The notes below the pieces were generated by a model. It worked only from the letters and a program-made list of their open reading frames with translations, did no database searches and had not been told where the DNA came from. From assembly GCF_001194135.2 (NCBI RefSeq), contig NC_068987.1:33540708-33592075 (forward strand): 51,368 nt of DNA, given 5' to 3'. Each line of letters begins with the position of its first letter. Positions within the stretch are counted from its first letter, which is position 1. The DNA is from Octopus bimaculoides (Eukaryota). The translations under genes and the position numbers were made by a program. Positions 1 to 15,690 of the stretch are shown here, piece after piece.

Positions 1-113
1 TATATAGTTGGAATTTACAGAAAAGCAATAGACGAAGACAGGTGTATAAACAACAAGCAGGTAGGTGAGAAAGTCTTTTACGTTTCGGGCCTATATATAT
101 ATATATATGTGTG

Positions 114-158
<45 letters not shown>

Positions 159-903
159 TTGTGTGTATCTGTGCATATATATTTAAATATGTATGCTTGT
201 GAGCATGTGTCTGTGCATGTGTATATGCACGTGTGTTTTTGCATGTATATATGCGTGTGCATGTGTGGTTTTGTATATGATTATGTGTTGAAGCTTATAT
301 GATGCTGTGTAATAATTATATGATGCTGTGTAATAGTCCTGTTTTGTATCTGCTCTTTTGTAAACAATTATAATGCCTCAAAAAACAAAACAAAAAACAT
401 GATGAAGCGTATTTCACTTGTGACATTCACTTATTTTATTCTGGTTCAGTGCAGGAAGCATTCATCATTCTGTGTATCGTTTAGTTTTATAAGTGCAAAA
501 TTTGACTTCTGAAATATAAGAATAAAACATATTTGACTTCTGAAAGATTTGAACACTATTTCTAGCAATCAGTGAGTAGTTTTGTATTGTATGGCTAGTC
601 GAAGTTTACAGAGCGGAATAAAATACATATTTCTAAACAATTTATATTTCACATAATAAAGCTTCAGACTTCCACAGCTAAACGTCCCTCGTTATAACAG
701 CCAATCCTTTTTTCCTCGTATGTTTACTCACAAATAACACCAATGATATTTTATTGGTAGCTAACAATCTTCTGTAAATTTTTTTTCTCAAATACTTAAT
801 GTGACAAGTACATAAAACAAGAACAAGCAACAACAAAAACACATAGCTAATTGTACGGGCAGTATATGTCACAAAAAATACTACATGCTTAAGTAACCAT
901 TTA

Positions 904-1678
904 CAGTAATCACTCGCCATATCGCAGTTTACCTATCGCACACTCAATACATCGTGGATTTTTCTGGCTGATATATGTAAATTTATATCGCGGACTCCTC
1001 AGTATATAGCGGGTTTCCGCGGCCGATAGGTATATATATATATATATATNNNNNNNNNNNNNNNNNNNNNNNNNNNNNNNNNNNNNNNNNNNNNNNNNNN
1101 NNNNNNNNNNNNNNNNNNNNNNNNNNNNNNNNNNNNNNNNNNNNNNNNNNNNNNNNNNNNNNNNNNNNNNNNNNNNNNNNNNNNNNNNNNNNNNNNNNNN
1201 NNNNNNNNNNNNNNNNNNNNNNNNNNNNNNNNNNNNNNNNNNNNNNNNNNNNNNNNNNNNNNNNNNNNNNNNNNNNNNNNNNNNNNNNNNNNNNNNNNNN
1301 NNNNNNNNNNATATATATATATATACATATATAAGATTTTAATTATTTCTATGGTACAAAAAACACTTTCCCGGCGAAAAATGAATAAATTAATAAATAA
1401 CAATACAGTACAGTACTGCACGGGATAACATATCAATTAAAATATATCAATAGAAAATACGTAGTGTACCGTAGATGAGTCAACAAACAATCGCACATAC
1501 TGGATGGAAAACGAAATACGGAAGGCGAGTGTGTAGTGTTGTTTTGCATTTATAATGAAATAAACACAAAATATAAAAATGATAAAACAAATATGCATAC
1601 AGTACTGTTTCTACTTCGCGGATCTTATATTTTGGGGTTTTTTGGAATGTAACACTCTCGATAGTCGAGGGATTACTG
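904..1678. mobile_element. Tigger/pogo-like non-autonomous DNA transposon (MITE), spans an N-gap
   Basis: Left end TA|CAGTAATCACTCGCCATATCG (904-) matches the reverse complement of the right end CAGTAATCCCTCGACTATCG (ends 1678). CAGT termini after TA are typical of the pogo/Tigger group. No transposase ORF. Confidence 0.6.
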
Positions 1679-1904
1679 CATATACTCTAAAATATGTATT
1701 GATAGAAAGACAGAATTTTAACGTTTTTTCAGAAGAATTACAGAAAACGTATAACTACCCAATAACGAGAAATTCATATGGCTTCTAAAATTTCTTTCCA
1801 ATGGTTCTATGGTGTACAGTATTGAAAAAATCATATCTCGTTTCCCAATCGTTACCTTTGAGGAAAGAAACAGATTAACATATACACTCACACACGTATA
1901 GATG

Positions 1905-1957
<53 letters not shown>

Positions 1958-2149
1958 NNNNNNNNNNNNNNNNNNNNNNNNNNNNNNNNNNNNNNNNNNN
2001 NNNNNNNNNNNNNNNNNNNNNNNNNNNNNNNNNNNNNNNNNNNNNNNNNNNNNNNNNNNNNNNNNNNNNNNNNNNNNNNNNNNNNNNNNNNNNNNNNNNN
2101 NNNNNNNNNNNNNNNNNNNNNNNNNNNNNNNNNNNNNNNNNNNNNNNNN

Positions 2150-2188
<39 letters not shown>

Positions 2189-3516
2189 ACGTCATACATA
2201 TGCATATACAAGCATACCTACTCAAATATATACTCTCATGAATATGAACAAATATAGAAATAGAAAATGCTTAAATATACATATCTCTGAGTTCATAAGT
2301 GTGTGTGTGTGAGTGTGTGTGTGTGTGAGTGTGTGTGGGTGTGTGTGTTTGCGCGCACAAACACACACACTCACACACACACATATCTATACATGTTGTA
2401 TATGCAATTTTCAGATTCAACATCTGGAAACAGCATATAAGTGGAGATTGATTAATACAACAATCATTACATAACCGATAGTATAATCACGCCAGAAGAA
2501 AACAGAAATTTATCCGTTGCGATTTACCAATTGCTTAGTATGTTCATGGGGGTGCGGAAAGTGAGAACTGCATAAATTCTTTAGAACATTGTATATATAG
2601 CAGGGAAGAAAAAAAATTATTATTTTTTTTTTATATTATCAGTGACAGAAAGAATGAACGAAAGTGAAGGTGATTATAAGTACAGAGAGGTGTCTAGGGA
2701 AAAGAAGAAATGTGACATCTACATAAACAACGATTCTAGTCATCCAAAATCTATAATAGGTAATCTAGTAAGGAATATTAAGGAATATTTTTTCTTGGAA
2801 TAAATAAACTAACTTACCTCAAACATAGACGTACATAATAATAACCCCGAAAAATATAATGGTAATCTGTTGGAATGAGGTTCTGACGAGAAGATGCAAT
2901 TTATCATTTCATATAAACCAAATATCTCTCATTGATTTAAATATGTTCTAAACATAAGAATACCAAACAAATTAATAACTACAACACCTCTTTAATGTCT
3001 AAACGTAAGAATATGGGAAATAAACGCGGAAATGATAAGAGAAATGTAATTACATCAAATATTAACATCCACATTAACATTGTAACTACAGGCAGATGTG
3101 ATTATAAGAATAATAAAATCCCAAATATGCCTAAAGGTGAACTGATAAATCTACGAAAAGCCGCAAAAATTTAATAAAACTGTACAGTTGAATATACATA
3201 TGCATACATATCCATGTATGTATGTATGTATGTATGTATGTATGTATGTATGTATTTACGTATGTATGTATGCTTACACACACACACACACACACACACA
3301 TACACACACACANNNNNNNNNNNNNNNNNNNNNNNNNNNNNNNNNNNNNNNNNNNNNNNNNNNNNNNNNNNNNNNNNNNNNNNNNNNNNNNNNNNNNNNN
3401 NNNNNNNNNNNNNNNNNNNNNNNNNNNNNNNNNNNNNNNNNNNNNNNNNNNNNNNNNNNNNNNNNNNNNNNNNNNNNNNNNNNNNNNNNNNNTATATATA
3501 TATATATATATATATA

Positions 3517-3910
3517 TCTTGTAGATGTTTCAGCTATTTCATTGCGGTCATGCTGTAGCACCGCCTTTAGTCGAAGAAATCGACCTCAGGGCTTATTCTT
3601 TGTAAGCCTAGTACTTATTCTCTCGGTCTCGTTTGCCGAACGGCTAAGGTACAGGGACGTAAACACACCAACATCGGTTGTCAAGCAATGGTGATGGGGA
3701 CAAACAGAGACACAAAAATACATAAATGCACACACGCACATATAGGTATACGAAGGGCTTCTTTCAGTTTCCGTCTACCAATTCAACTCACAAGGCGTTG
3801 GTCGGTCCGTGGCTATAGTAGAAGACACTTGCCCTAGGTGACACGAAGTGAGACTGAACCCAGAACTATATGATTAGGAAGGAAGCTTCTTACCACACAT
3901 TCACTCCTGT
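3517..3910 (-). mobile_element. tRNA-derived SINE (type A: CORE-like centre, CR1-like tail)
   Basis: Reverse complement reads head (gggttcagtctcac, B-box-like), then ...ctagggcaagtgtcttctactatagcc..., then tail ggcggtgctacagcatgaccgc...gctgaaac. Colinear with the copies at 15691-16182 and 20285-20645. Confidence 0.75.
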
Positions 3911-5566
3911 ATATATAGAAGCACATCCGCATAAACATATATGTACACACATACATATTTATGCATAGGTATATATCACTTAATAAGTGGTTGATTCGGC
4001 TCATCAAACGAATCTATCTTATGCAAGAATGATGAGTTAGATTAGTTTGACGTGCCCACGAAAACTTAACTTCCATGTAGTATACGCGTCTGTGTGCGCA
4101 CGCGTGCTTGCCTGTGGGTGTGTGTATGTGCGTGTGTTGCAGATGCACACACACGCACACACACACATACACGCACACACACACACACGCCCACACAGAT
4201 ATATATATATATATATATAAATTTATAAAATGCATAGATACTATATACATACACATACCTATATATATATATATATGTTTATAATATTTCATCATCATCA
4301 TCATCATCATCTTAATCATTCCGAACGGTCATCAGTCTAAGTCATCTCCTGTTGAAAGGTGCTAACTCCACACCCTGCTTCTTGCACGCATGCTTTGGCT
4401 GCATTTATGTGTGGTTGCCTTTCCTACCGCAAAGTATTTTATAGAAGTCATCTGCTATGTTTTGCGTGCCATCAAGACCAGCGAAGTTGAATAAAAAGTC
4501 TAAACAGATTATGAATTATCTGCCCAGTTACCGCGTCGCATTGTAGAGCATACTAGGCCTAGTTTGTTGGACCTGCAAGGGAAATATGTTATATAATTGT
4601 CGCTTTGGTGAGGCACTAGTCGGCTAGCACCAGCACAGCTACCGGGTGTTTTCTGACAAATAATCAGATAATAAATGTATACCCTCCATCTCTAGCTCCC
4701 TAACAGTTATTATTCTGGTTTCCACACAAGATCAGTGCTATTTTACCGCACTGTGTCAAGAGCTCATAAATTTATCTTCTCTTCGAAATAGAATACAAAG
4801 CAAGCCTAAACATAAACTTAATGTGTTCATTAAGTCGACATTTCATTATAGTTACAAGGCAGATATACAAATACCACATCTCAAACATAAGTCATCATTT
4901 GCTACAGCCACTTCTCAGAAATTCAGCAAAGTAAAGTATAGAAAATGGTGAAAATAAATCAAACTGACATTGCTATCTAAAGAATATAAAAACTATAAAA
5001 CATAAAAACAACTTAAGCGTAGCAATGAAAACTTATGAAATATATAATCGAGGAAATTAGATACAAACACGTAAATCAATAAAATAAGGAAAAAAATGAT
5101 ATCCAAAGGAAAAACCAACTCCTGTTTCACGATATAACAAACACAACAAAATCAACGGAATACATTTCCTCAGAAGCACTAAATATATAATTTAATTAAA
5201 GCAGAGAAACTAGAATAGATATTGCCATACCTAAAACATAAAAGGACTAATTAAATGAACTAATCGTACCGAAAATTCCTTTCGCATATAGTATCCACGT
5301 GGTATACTGAAATTTAGAAATAATCTCTAGATCCCAAGATATCCAAATATTCATTTAAGATAGCATTCATGTCACTCATATATATTCAACACATCTCAGG
5401 CTATACATGAAAATACACACAGAGATGCACATATACATTTGCATGCACACACACACGTATATTTATTCATATATGGTAAAGAGGCTATATTTAAAAATGT
5501 AAATACTGTCTTACATCTTCCATGATAAAATTCTCAGTCTCAAAGTATTTACACTGTATACACACA

Positions 5567-5640
<74 letters not shown>

Positions 5641-5641
<1 letters not shown>

Positions 5642-5794
5642 CACCTTAGCAAGTGTCTTCTACAATTGCTTCGGTCCGACCTAAGCCTTGTAACTGGATT
5701 TGTTAGGCGAAAACTGAGAGAAGCCCGTCGTATACATATATGTGTGTCTGTGCCTCTGTGTGTTTACGTGTGCGTATTCCCTTTGTCTTGTCTC
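5641..5794 (+). mobile_element. Partial type A SINE
   Basis: caccttagcaagtgtcttctac...aagccttgtaactggatttg...gaagcccgtcgtata is homologous to the central part of the other type A copies. Runs into an N-gap. Confidence 0.6.
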
Positions 5795-6240
5795 NNNNNN
5801 NNNNNNNNNNNNNNNNNNNNNNNNNNNNNNNNNNNNNNNNNNNNNNNNNNNNNNNNNNNNNNNNNNNNNNNNNNNNNNNNNNNNNNNNNNNNNNNNNNNN
5901 NNNNNNNNNNNNNNNNNNNNNNNNNNNNNNNNNNNNNNNNNNNNNNNNNNNNNNNNNNNNNNNNNNNNNNNNNNNNNNNNNNNNNNNNNNNNNNNNNNNN
6001 NNNNNNNNNNNNNNNNNNNNNNNNNNNNNNNNNNNNNNNNNNNNNNNNNNNNNNNNNNNNNNNNNNNNNNNNNNNTATATATATACGTATGCGTGTGCGT
6101 GTGTGCGTGTGTGTATGTATATACACACACACGCAGATATAAATGTGTGTATATGTTTTGTAGATGTATGTCTATGCGTCATGTATACTATACATACATG
6201 TAGTGTGAAATACAAATATCTACCCCATCACCCTCCGCAT

Positions 6241-6470
6241 CATCATCATTTAAAGTCCATCTCCTTTATCTGCATGTATTGGACAATTTGATAGGGTCCA
6301 AATTGTTGATGGACTGCATCTAACTCCAAGTGTATACTTGGGTACGGTTTCCATCGATGGTGACCTTTCAAAGGCCAAATATTTTACAGAGATTAATCCG
6401 TGCTCTTCTCTTGACACAGGCATTAGTGAGGTCACTATGTAACTCATAAGCCAAAGAAAATGCCTTTCGG
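6241..6470 (-). mobile_element. Probable 3' end of a non-LTR retroelement with (GAT)n tail (RTE-like, tentative)
   Basis: Minus strand ends ...ccaatacatgcagataaaggagatggactttaaatgatgatgatg. Short tandem tails of this kind are typical of RTE-type LINE/SINE ends. No recognisable protein motif. Confidence 0.35.
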
Positions 6471-6661
6471 TTGAATATAATTGTAGTATTCAGGCAGATT
6501 CGCCAGTTGCTTATTGTAGAAGGACAGTATATATGTATTGGCTTGTTTGAGTGTATTTGTATGGATGTATGTTTGTATGTATCCATTTGTAGCATATGTA
6601 TACGAATATACATACATACATACATACATACATACATACATACATGCATACATACATATAT

Positions 6662-6700
<39 letters not shown>

Positions 6701-7507
6701 TATTCATGTATTTGATTATATATATGTGGGATCGTTGGCGTCTGTGGTTGTAGTATGTTATTCTCACGCACACCCTTGCCCTTCCTTTTTATTTCATCTC
6801 ATATAGAGACACTTGCTTCTGTGAACGCATTCATCTGTTTGTCTTTGTGCATTCATAAATTACGTGTAACATAGTTTAAGTACCAAACAACCGTTACTGA
6901 TTTGATTTCGATATATGCAGAAAACTTTATGCAAAGTGAGCATTGATTCATTCCAGTAGTCACACCACTCTTAGACATTCGCATACAAAAGGGCGAAAGG
7001 ATGAGGGAGAGACAAGGGGGTGACGAATGAAAGAGCATCAAGGGGAGAGAGGGAGAGAGAGCGAGAGAGTGAAAATTGAGGAGAGGGTGATTCTGAGAGA
7101 GATAGATTCTGCTATACATACGAATACTGGCCTACAACCATAAACGTTTCATACAAAGTTTACAAAGTAATAAGTTCATATATGTTTCTCTGTTTGGATG
7201 ATTATATGCATCTATATAAGTTTGTATACATTAGTGCATGCATGAACGACTGTTTCTATAAAAGCAATGTAATAACAAACAAATTCAGGACTGCATAGAA
7301 TTTATTTTGTAATGCACATACGCATACAAACACAGATGTGCGTGTGCATTGTGCGCATATACTTGCATACATACATACATATATGTATATATACATATGC
7401 ATATGTGTGTGTGTATGCATGTGTGATGTGTGTGTGTATGCAAATGTATATTGGTATAAATTTGTGTACAGTTTTATACACATATATCCATATATGCATA
7501 CACACCC

Positions 7508-7591
<84 letters not shown>

Positions 7592-8120
7592 GCTTATTTA
7601 TGTATATACTTACTTATAATCATGCTTATATGAATGTAGACATATGTATATCTATTAATATTCATATATGCAAATCCAGATTTATAGTTATATATGCGTA
7701 TATTTATATGTACATGTGTGTGTGCATGTGTGTGTATGTGGTGTGTGTATATGAGAGTGTTTGTGTGTGTGTGTCTGTCAGTCTATCTCTCTGTCTGTCT
7801 GCAAATACATACACATAATGCACCCACTATAAAAAGAATAATTCACAAACGAAAGTTACTCTCGAACTGGAAATTATGAGCTGTGAGAACCCGGAAAACT
7901 TAATGATAAAGATCAACTTAGGAAACTTTTGGTTAGAAGCAAAATATAAATTTCTTATTCGCTGGTAGAGTAAAGGTTAATAAAAGAAAATATAACAGTA
8001 TATCATACACATTTTTGTAATATATAATTTTTAAAAAGATGTATAAGCTGATACCCATGTATTCATACACACAGATGCAGACGCACATATACACTCATCC
8101 ATAGACGAACATAGAGGCGT

Positions 8121-8156
<36 letters not shown>

Positions 8157-8227
8157 CACACAAGCCTACGTACGTCCCACCTCACATATGCATGCATTCA
8201 TCCAACCACCCATACATGCATACATAA

Positions 8228-8267
8228 ATAGATAGATAGATAAATAGACAGATAGATAGATGGATAA

Positions 8268-8322
<55 letters not shown>

Positions 8323-8325
8323 CAT
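8228..8325. repeat. (TAGA)n microsatellite
   Basis: Direct reading of the tetranucleotide run. Similar (TCTA)n runs occur at about 12783-12850 and 17876-17917. Confidence 0.95.
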
Positions 8326-9258
8326 ACATACATATATACATACATAGAAAAATACCCTGTTGTTGATGTTGAAATTCCAATGAAGCAGCCTTATCTAGAA
8401 ACAACAATATACACAGAAGAATTGGTGCCGAGAAGCCAAACATCGGGCAATTCAGAGAGAAAAAACTGGGTTTCATGTTACTACTAATCTTATTCACAGC
8501 TATTTGTCGGATATTTTAATCTCGAACAGATTCTAAGAAAAGTATGCGCACACGTGCATTCTCCCATATAGTAACACGGCCAAAGAATTGAATAGAAAGT
8601 TCAAGAAGCAGTATAAACCATACTATTTGCCTGGTGAGAATTTGTAAACCGGTGACAATAGAGAGAATTTTCTTTTACTTAATTATGACACTAAAGTCTG
8701 TTATTGAATCAACATACATCTTTCATCCATCTAACTCTGGAGTGCTTTAAATTAGTTCGTCGTGACTTTAATGTAAATAGAATTAACCCTAAGGAATTGT
8801 TAGAAAACAAACTAAAATTTCTCGCCAATTAGGACTTTTTAAATAGCTTTTTCTTCTAGTAATTAATTACTAGTAATTGATTACTAGTAATTTTAAGATT
8901 ACTAATAATCAAAATGACTTCTTCCTTTGAATAAATATATTCTTAGGCGAAATATTCGCCAGCAGTACCATAAATGCAGTATGTGCTGTCCTGGTGGCTA
9001 ACTGAAAGTTAAGTGTCTGAATCAGTTTGTCTAGAATCTGAAGATACTGGATATATTTACATCAGAAAAATACCTGGAATACTACTAAATATAAATTCTC
9101 TTCCTCCTCATGGCAGGAAGCAACGTACCCAATTTCAACGAAATGCCATGATGTAGTTATCACAAACAGTGTATCCAAGCTTAAAATGTCCCTCCATTTT
9201 GAACATATTAACAAAATCACACTCTATGTGTCTCTACACCATCTAATCTTTTTTCTAG

Positions 9259-9460
9259 ATGGAGCATCCAGATATGTGAAACAAATCCCATGAATGCCAA
9301 GGTAAATAACATTGTTCTACATACACCTCAACTGAAGGAAGGTCACAAAGAGTATTACTTTGATGACGTCCGCGCTAATGTGTTTAAAAAATGGATTTCA
9401 AAGCATGAAGATCATCTTGGGCAAGTTTCTTATACCTTGCCTCCGTTGGACCAAAAGCTG
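9259..9460 (+). CDS. Candidate internal coding exon of an unidentified gene: x-WSIQICETNPMNAKVNNIVLHTPQLKEGHKEYYFDDVRANVFKKWISKHEDHLGQVSYTLPPLDQKL
   Basis: Polypyrimidine acceptor ctaatcttttttctag| and consensus donor CTG|gtgagt. 202 nt, only one frame open throughout, non-repetitive protein-like sequence. Product not recognised. Confidence 0.6.
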
Positions 9461-10704
9461 GTGAGTGAAAATGAGTAAACAAAAACTGTGTGTAAGATCC
9501 GCGAATGGATGGTTTCTGCAATTTCATGATTTATTAGTGTTCCCACTTTGCGATGCAAATCTGACTTGACAATCTCTTAAAGTTAAACATGGCAACCAAT
9601 TAGGCATTTTTTCATTAAATGAGTGAATGTTGAATCGATCATATAACTGTAGGATCGTCGTTAAAACTGACAGACGATCCATCCTTCATACCTGCTGCAC
9701 AGGCTGATGTAGATGTGAGTAACAATAATTACAAACCATTAAAATTAGTGCAATCGTAACTTTTTTTGCGAATCAGTATTTGCCGTAGAATGTAAAAAGA
9801 ATGAAGCTGCACCTGGCTAACGAAAATGGATTGAAAATATAAAAAATGAGAAAAGAGTTTATTAGATCTTTCATGTTACCAATTCAAGAATTTAAGTATA
9901 AAACATCTGACGGAAGCAGAGCTGTTACATTCTTTGCTTTTACCTAAATCGTATTGGGTGCGTATGTGGAGGTGTATCCGTTCGTCTGGTCCAAGTACCT
10001 AACTATGTAACTCATTTACCAACGATCAGAGATGCAAAGAAAACAACGGTTTTTATCAGGATTTGAATTCAGAAGTGCCAATGTCCGTAACTAAATGCCT
10101 ACCACTTGCCGGATTTATGTATCGAGTCAGTGTGCTGTACTGACAATTCCCGTTGTGTGTTAACTGAAGAGGGTTGTTTGGATTCCATCAAACAAATTTA
10201 TTTAGATCAATATAAAATAGTCTGCGATGATAGATTCTGACAATTTATATTAAGAAACGCATACAAATATAGATGCCCTTGTTCCAGGAGCAAATTAATT
10301 AAGAAATATGCACCGTTATATATATTGGTACAAATTACTTCGTCGCACATTAGAATGATTTCACATCTAAACAAAGTATTATTAATCATAATCAATTTCA
10401 AGAAGTTTCAATAAAGAGGTCCACAAAGCATTAACTTAGTGGCGGATATTCCAATGAATCTGCTTACGGAAGTAGAATATATATTGGATTCTTCTCTGTT
10501 CTTCAATGAGATTATTAATTCAAACGCTTTTATGTCGTCTAGAAATAATAAACAAACAAAGATAGTGAATCTAAGAACTGATCGTAGTAAATTCCAATCT
10601 TCTCTGCTCAGACCCTCGTGATGTGTTTACGATTTATAAAGTCAAATTAATTTAGAATATTACATCACCGTACTATAGCACAAATCATATATACGCACAG
10701 AATG

Positions 10705-10749
<45 letters not shown>

Positions 10750-12066
10750 AACGCAAGCACACACAAAGCACACACACACAATGCACACATTCACACGTAT
10801 ATACTTGTTGACACACGCACACACACGCACATAAATATATGTATATCAATTGTACATCCATATCTATGAGACGAACAAGATATGGTTTGTTTTCTTTGAG
10901 GGCTTGCATAAGAACTATAGATGACGTGATTGTGCTAGATATCTAGCTCCAAGAAGTGAGGGATACCCGAGTAGATGGTGTGGTGGCAAAGAATGTATGA
11001 GTGTACATCATACCAAAGATAGTAGAGTTAGACATAGTGAATGTAGATGTTAACAGAAGTGATGATATATAAATGGTCATTAGGAAGTGTTTGGTGTCAG
11101 TAACTTTGGTGGTTAGTAACAATAAAGATAGAAGTGAGCGGGCATCATATAGTTGAAGTTAACAGCAACCACAATCTTCCAAGATGTCATCATCTTCTGC
11201 CCAACGATCATCAATACATCCTCTTGCACCTCATTTTTCACCACACATATATAATAACAATCACCCCCCCCCACACACAAATAATATGAATGAGCAGACA
11301 ACGAAAAGATGTGCCATTATACATATCTGATAGGAGTTGCCTATATATTTTAATAAGAGATTAGCCCATCTCCATATTACTTAAAGTTGCTTGGGCGCGT
11401 AGGACAAACCAGTCTCATCACAATTGGAAGAAGTTTAATGTATTTGATTCTAATTGAAAATGGCTGTTTGAATTCAGGCCTCATTTTTTTGCCACTTCGG
11501 GTCTCCTGAGGTTAATACTTTGGAAAAAAGCATAGCACTCATTCCTTCTTCTTATGCCCACTTACTATGACAGGATATTGGCCGGGGGCTGTTGCCATGT
11601 TAGAGGCAAGGCAGGATATAGTCTCAGTTTAGTAGCTCATCCATCATTCAGTTATATTGACACATGTTAATGTTGACACATCAACAACAACAGATTTTCC
11701 GTGGGAGTATACTGATAGGGTGCTGTTGGGGTAAAATTGATGATAAATATAGAGGTGTGGTAGTCAATGCGGGCGTCAGTGGTTAATACCAGACCCAGTT
11801 TGTTATGCAGCGCGGACGAAGGTTTTGTATATGGATTGCAAGCTGTCAGAAGTTTGAAGTTCATTGTCAAGTTGTATCTCTGGTGGTAGCAATAAGATAG
11901 TTCATTCCCCCTGTTTATGGATACTGCAGATGTGCGGAGTATGTGTTATTTCTCGCTGAGACAGATTAGGCATCTGCAAGTACAAGGTGAGTATCTTGGG
12001 ACCTGTCCAGGAGCTTACATTTGATGTTTAAGTCATTCCAATGCTTGCAGTCTCCAGATGAAGTAA

Positions 12067-12112
<46 letters not shown>

Positions 12113-12281
12113 CTTATATATATGTATGTATGTATATATANNNNNNNNNNNNNNNNNNNNNNNNNNNNNNNNNNNNNNNNNNNNNNNNNNNNNNNNNNNN
12201 NNNNNNNNNNNNNNNNNNNNNNNATATATACCTATATACATATATATATATATGCATGTATATATAGATACATATACCTAT

Positions 12282-12320
<39 letters not shown>

Positions 12321-12783
12321 CATAGTCCTACACGTATATGTATATATATACATGTAGAGGCCATAGATACATGCATATATACAATACAAGTCTATACTTA
12401 TGTGCAAATTTACACATATTTCATTGATTTCATGAAATACATAACCAATATACAACATTAAACATTTAATCAACGGGAGATGCCGCAACTATTTTCTATG
12501 GCTAAATTCGTTTCGAATTCTTAAAACAAAACCCGTAGGTTACTTTGGAAGCTATAACCTTGCTGAGAGCAATCTAGACAGTGGAAATATTCCACCATTT
12601 ATCAAATTATGTCTCGTTTAGTATTTATTTATTTATTACACATCATCCTTACAGGGTCTCCCTTAAGTGCTTTTGCATGATCAATATTTATCAACTTTAT
12701 CCACTAGTTTACCTCTTCCGCTCTCTCCCTCTCTCTGTTTCTCAGACTCTGTCTGTCTGTCTGTCTGTCTGTCTGACTGGCTG

Positions 12784-12852
<69 letters not shown>

Positions 12853-13123
12853 TCATCTATGGATCTACCTATTTATCTATTTATTTATGTATCTATTCAT
12901 CTATGTATCTAACTGTTGATCTAGTTATCTATCTTTTTCTGTCACCTATATGCCATCTGTCCTACCTACCTATTGGTGTTGCTATCGGGTGCTACCTGTA
13001 TGGGTATCATTAGAAGACAACTGACGGAGGTTTTAATCTTGAGAGAAAAGAGAACATTTACGTAAACGGCGTAATAGAAGTTACTCATGCGCACATCACA
13101 ATCCCATATGTTCTGTGTCGACT

Positions 13124-13201
<78 letters not shown>

Positions 13202-13730
13202 AAATACAAAAACTTCCACGCACGTTTAGTTAACGTACTCAAGCTCACGTACGGACTACTTTGCTCCAGAATGTTAATAAGAGATGTAAAACTTCCTTGT
13301 TACTCTTTTGTAGAAATAATATCGATTAATCTGGTACGTTTAATAGCCACTACTATTCCACCCTCAGTTACATCGTAGGGAATGATTATGTATAAAATCA
13401 ACAATATATATATATACATACATACATACATAAACTTTAATATGAGAAGAAAATTCAACAGGCTCTATTGCAAATCGCTGTAATTGTCTCAACTAATCAC
13501 TGTGAGTTTTTAATTGCTGAACGTTACATAAATTATATGCAATATTGCATTGATATATGTCAGCAATAGCTGTATACATACATGCTCATCAATAAAGAAA
13601 CGTGTTTAAAACAGCTATAGTGCACCACAACTTCTCTGTTACTTCCTTATTTTACACCATATCTGGAACCATCCCTAAGTTGGGTATGGAATTTAGAGTG
13701 GACCGTGAAACTGCATGCAAGAGTACGACA

Positions 13731-13790
13731 GTATGTGATAAACATGTATGTAATTAACATGTATGTGATTAACATGTATGTGATTAACAA
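13731..13790. repeat. 15-bp minisatellite x4 (GTATGTGATTAACAT)
   Basis: Four adjacent units at 13731, 13746, 13761 and 13776, each with 0-1 mismatch. Confidence 0.9.
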
Positions 13791-15690
13791 GTACAAGTAT
13801 ATTTACATAGACGAGTATATTGATCTGTTCATCTCCATATAAGTGATAGGCCAAGTCCGTATAAATATTGATATAGGCACATGGTATAATATCTGCAGCG
13901 TTTAGTGGTTGGGGCAGAAATATCATGTATCTTAAAGTGTCGACCCATTCTTTGGCATTCACCAAGACTATCATTCTCGGTGATTGTGAGGGTTATTTTT
14001 TCGGAGCGGTCGTGTTTTGGGCTATAAAAAATTTGCTCTGATTTTGCACTTACAAAAAATGTCATTTAGCCAATGAGCGATACACTAGAGGTCTCAGTTT
14101 GTAGATTAGCGCGGGTATAGATTGTGTATGTTGTATGGTTTCATAAATTTAGAATTGAATGAAGGGAAGTGTAGTCTAGATCACTGGGTGTCTTTAGACG
14201 TAGTGGCAAAGAGGACAAAAAAAAAACAATATCGAATTTGAAATGTACAAAAGAGAGCAAAATGCATTCCTGTGACCAGGAAAATACGCAGTGACAGTAA
14301 CAAAATAAATGATGTTATTGTGGTTCGTACATGCTTTTGCTCTTATTTTCTAAAGCACAGATAGCAATACGTAAGCAATGGATATTAGGTAAGCTTTGAA
14401 ACATGATAAAAACTGAACGAACAAATTTGGAACAAGTCAAAGACAAAGAGAAAATAAACAAATGTGAGATACTTTGAGTGAAATTAGAAGTTTTACAGAC
14501 ACCATATGATGTCTCTTCTTCCATTTTCACGAAGGTGTTACATCAGTTGAATCATCTGCAGTTAGACTGAAAGTTGTGAATATAATTGGTTAAGATGGAT
14601 GAGATAGAAAAGGTGTGTAAAGACACATTTCTCGAAATGGTAAGCAAGCTGTGTGAAAATGTTAAGCGAACATAAGCAAATGTGATATTCCGTGAATACA
14701 AACACGTCCATAAATGTGTATGCGCACAAATACATGTGTGGCTACGTCCATGTATATGATTACTGCAAAATTATATAAATAAATGGATGAGAGCACACAC
14801 AAGAAAAAATATTGTGCATCACTGTTCACAACACCATGCTAAATTCATTCTGATGTAATTAAACAGCTTTGCTTCAGTGTGTATGTATATATATATATAT
14901 ACTTTTAGGGAAAAGAAGCAAGGTTCTTTTAATTTTTATAAATTGAATTTAATCCCTAATATTATTATTATTACACACACACACCCACACACACACACAC
15001 ATACACACACACACATGTATATATATATACGCACAAACATAGCAATATAAGAACATGAATGCGAAACAAGGTGGAAAAATAGTACTCGAATACCAGAGTT
15101 ATAGTAATATGCTTATTAAAATGCAGCAAAAATACCACAAAACCTGTTACTGAGAGTTTCACGTTCCCGTTGGTCAGACAGTTTTTCCACTTAAAACAGG
15201 ACACCATTGCTTAGTGCGACGGTTTCGATCCGCACCATCACATTTAGAACAACATGCGACAATAATGTAGACAATAAGAAGAAATAATTTCAATGTCCTA
15301 CCAAAGACATAGCAGAGTATAGCGTGTGGATTTACATATTAAAGTGCTAGAGGTCAGGCCAACGTCTAAAATTCTAAATGAGTTGATATTGTGGTAAGTA
15401 TCACAACTGATAGCAACACACTTGAACTGCCACTTTTATCTAATTCCAGCAAAAGATCAGTGATCACTAAATGTGTAACAACTCCAATTGCCGTTATTTG
15501 GCCAGGCTACAGATTACGTGCTGCGTTTGTAGATTAGCATATGCAATAAAACATACAGATAGATAGACAAACACAGACACACATACACACGCACACACGC
15601 ACGCACGCAAGCACGCACGCACGCTCACATGCACACACGCACACACGCACACACGCTCACACGCACACACGCTCACACGCATACATATTT

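Noticed and set aside
2883-2960. CTGACGAGAAGA...TAAACATA with the same spacing as the 41816 hammerhead
   Set aside because: No GAAA, no stem II pairing and no cleavage triplet. tctaaac.taagaata recurs 50 nt later, so coincidence is likely.
8348-8470. Open frame KYPVVDVEIPMKQPYLETTIYTEELVPRSQTSGNSERKNW as an exon
   Set aside because: The acceptor lies in microsatellite with no pyrimidine tract, and there is no good phase-compatible donor.
10920-11950. GC-richer stretch resembling an old LINE remnant
   Set aside because: No RT or endonuclease motif could be read with confidence in any frame.
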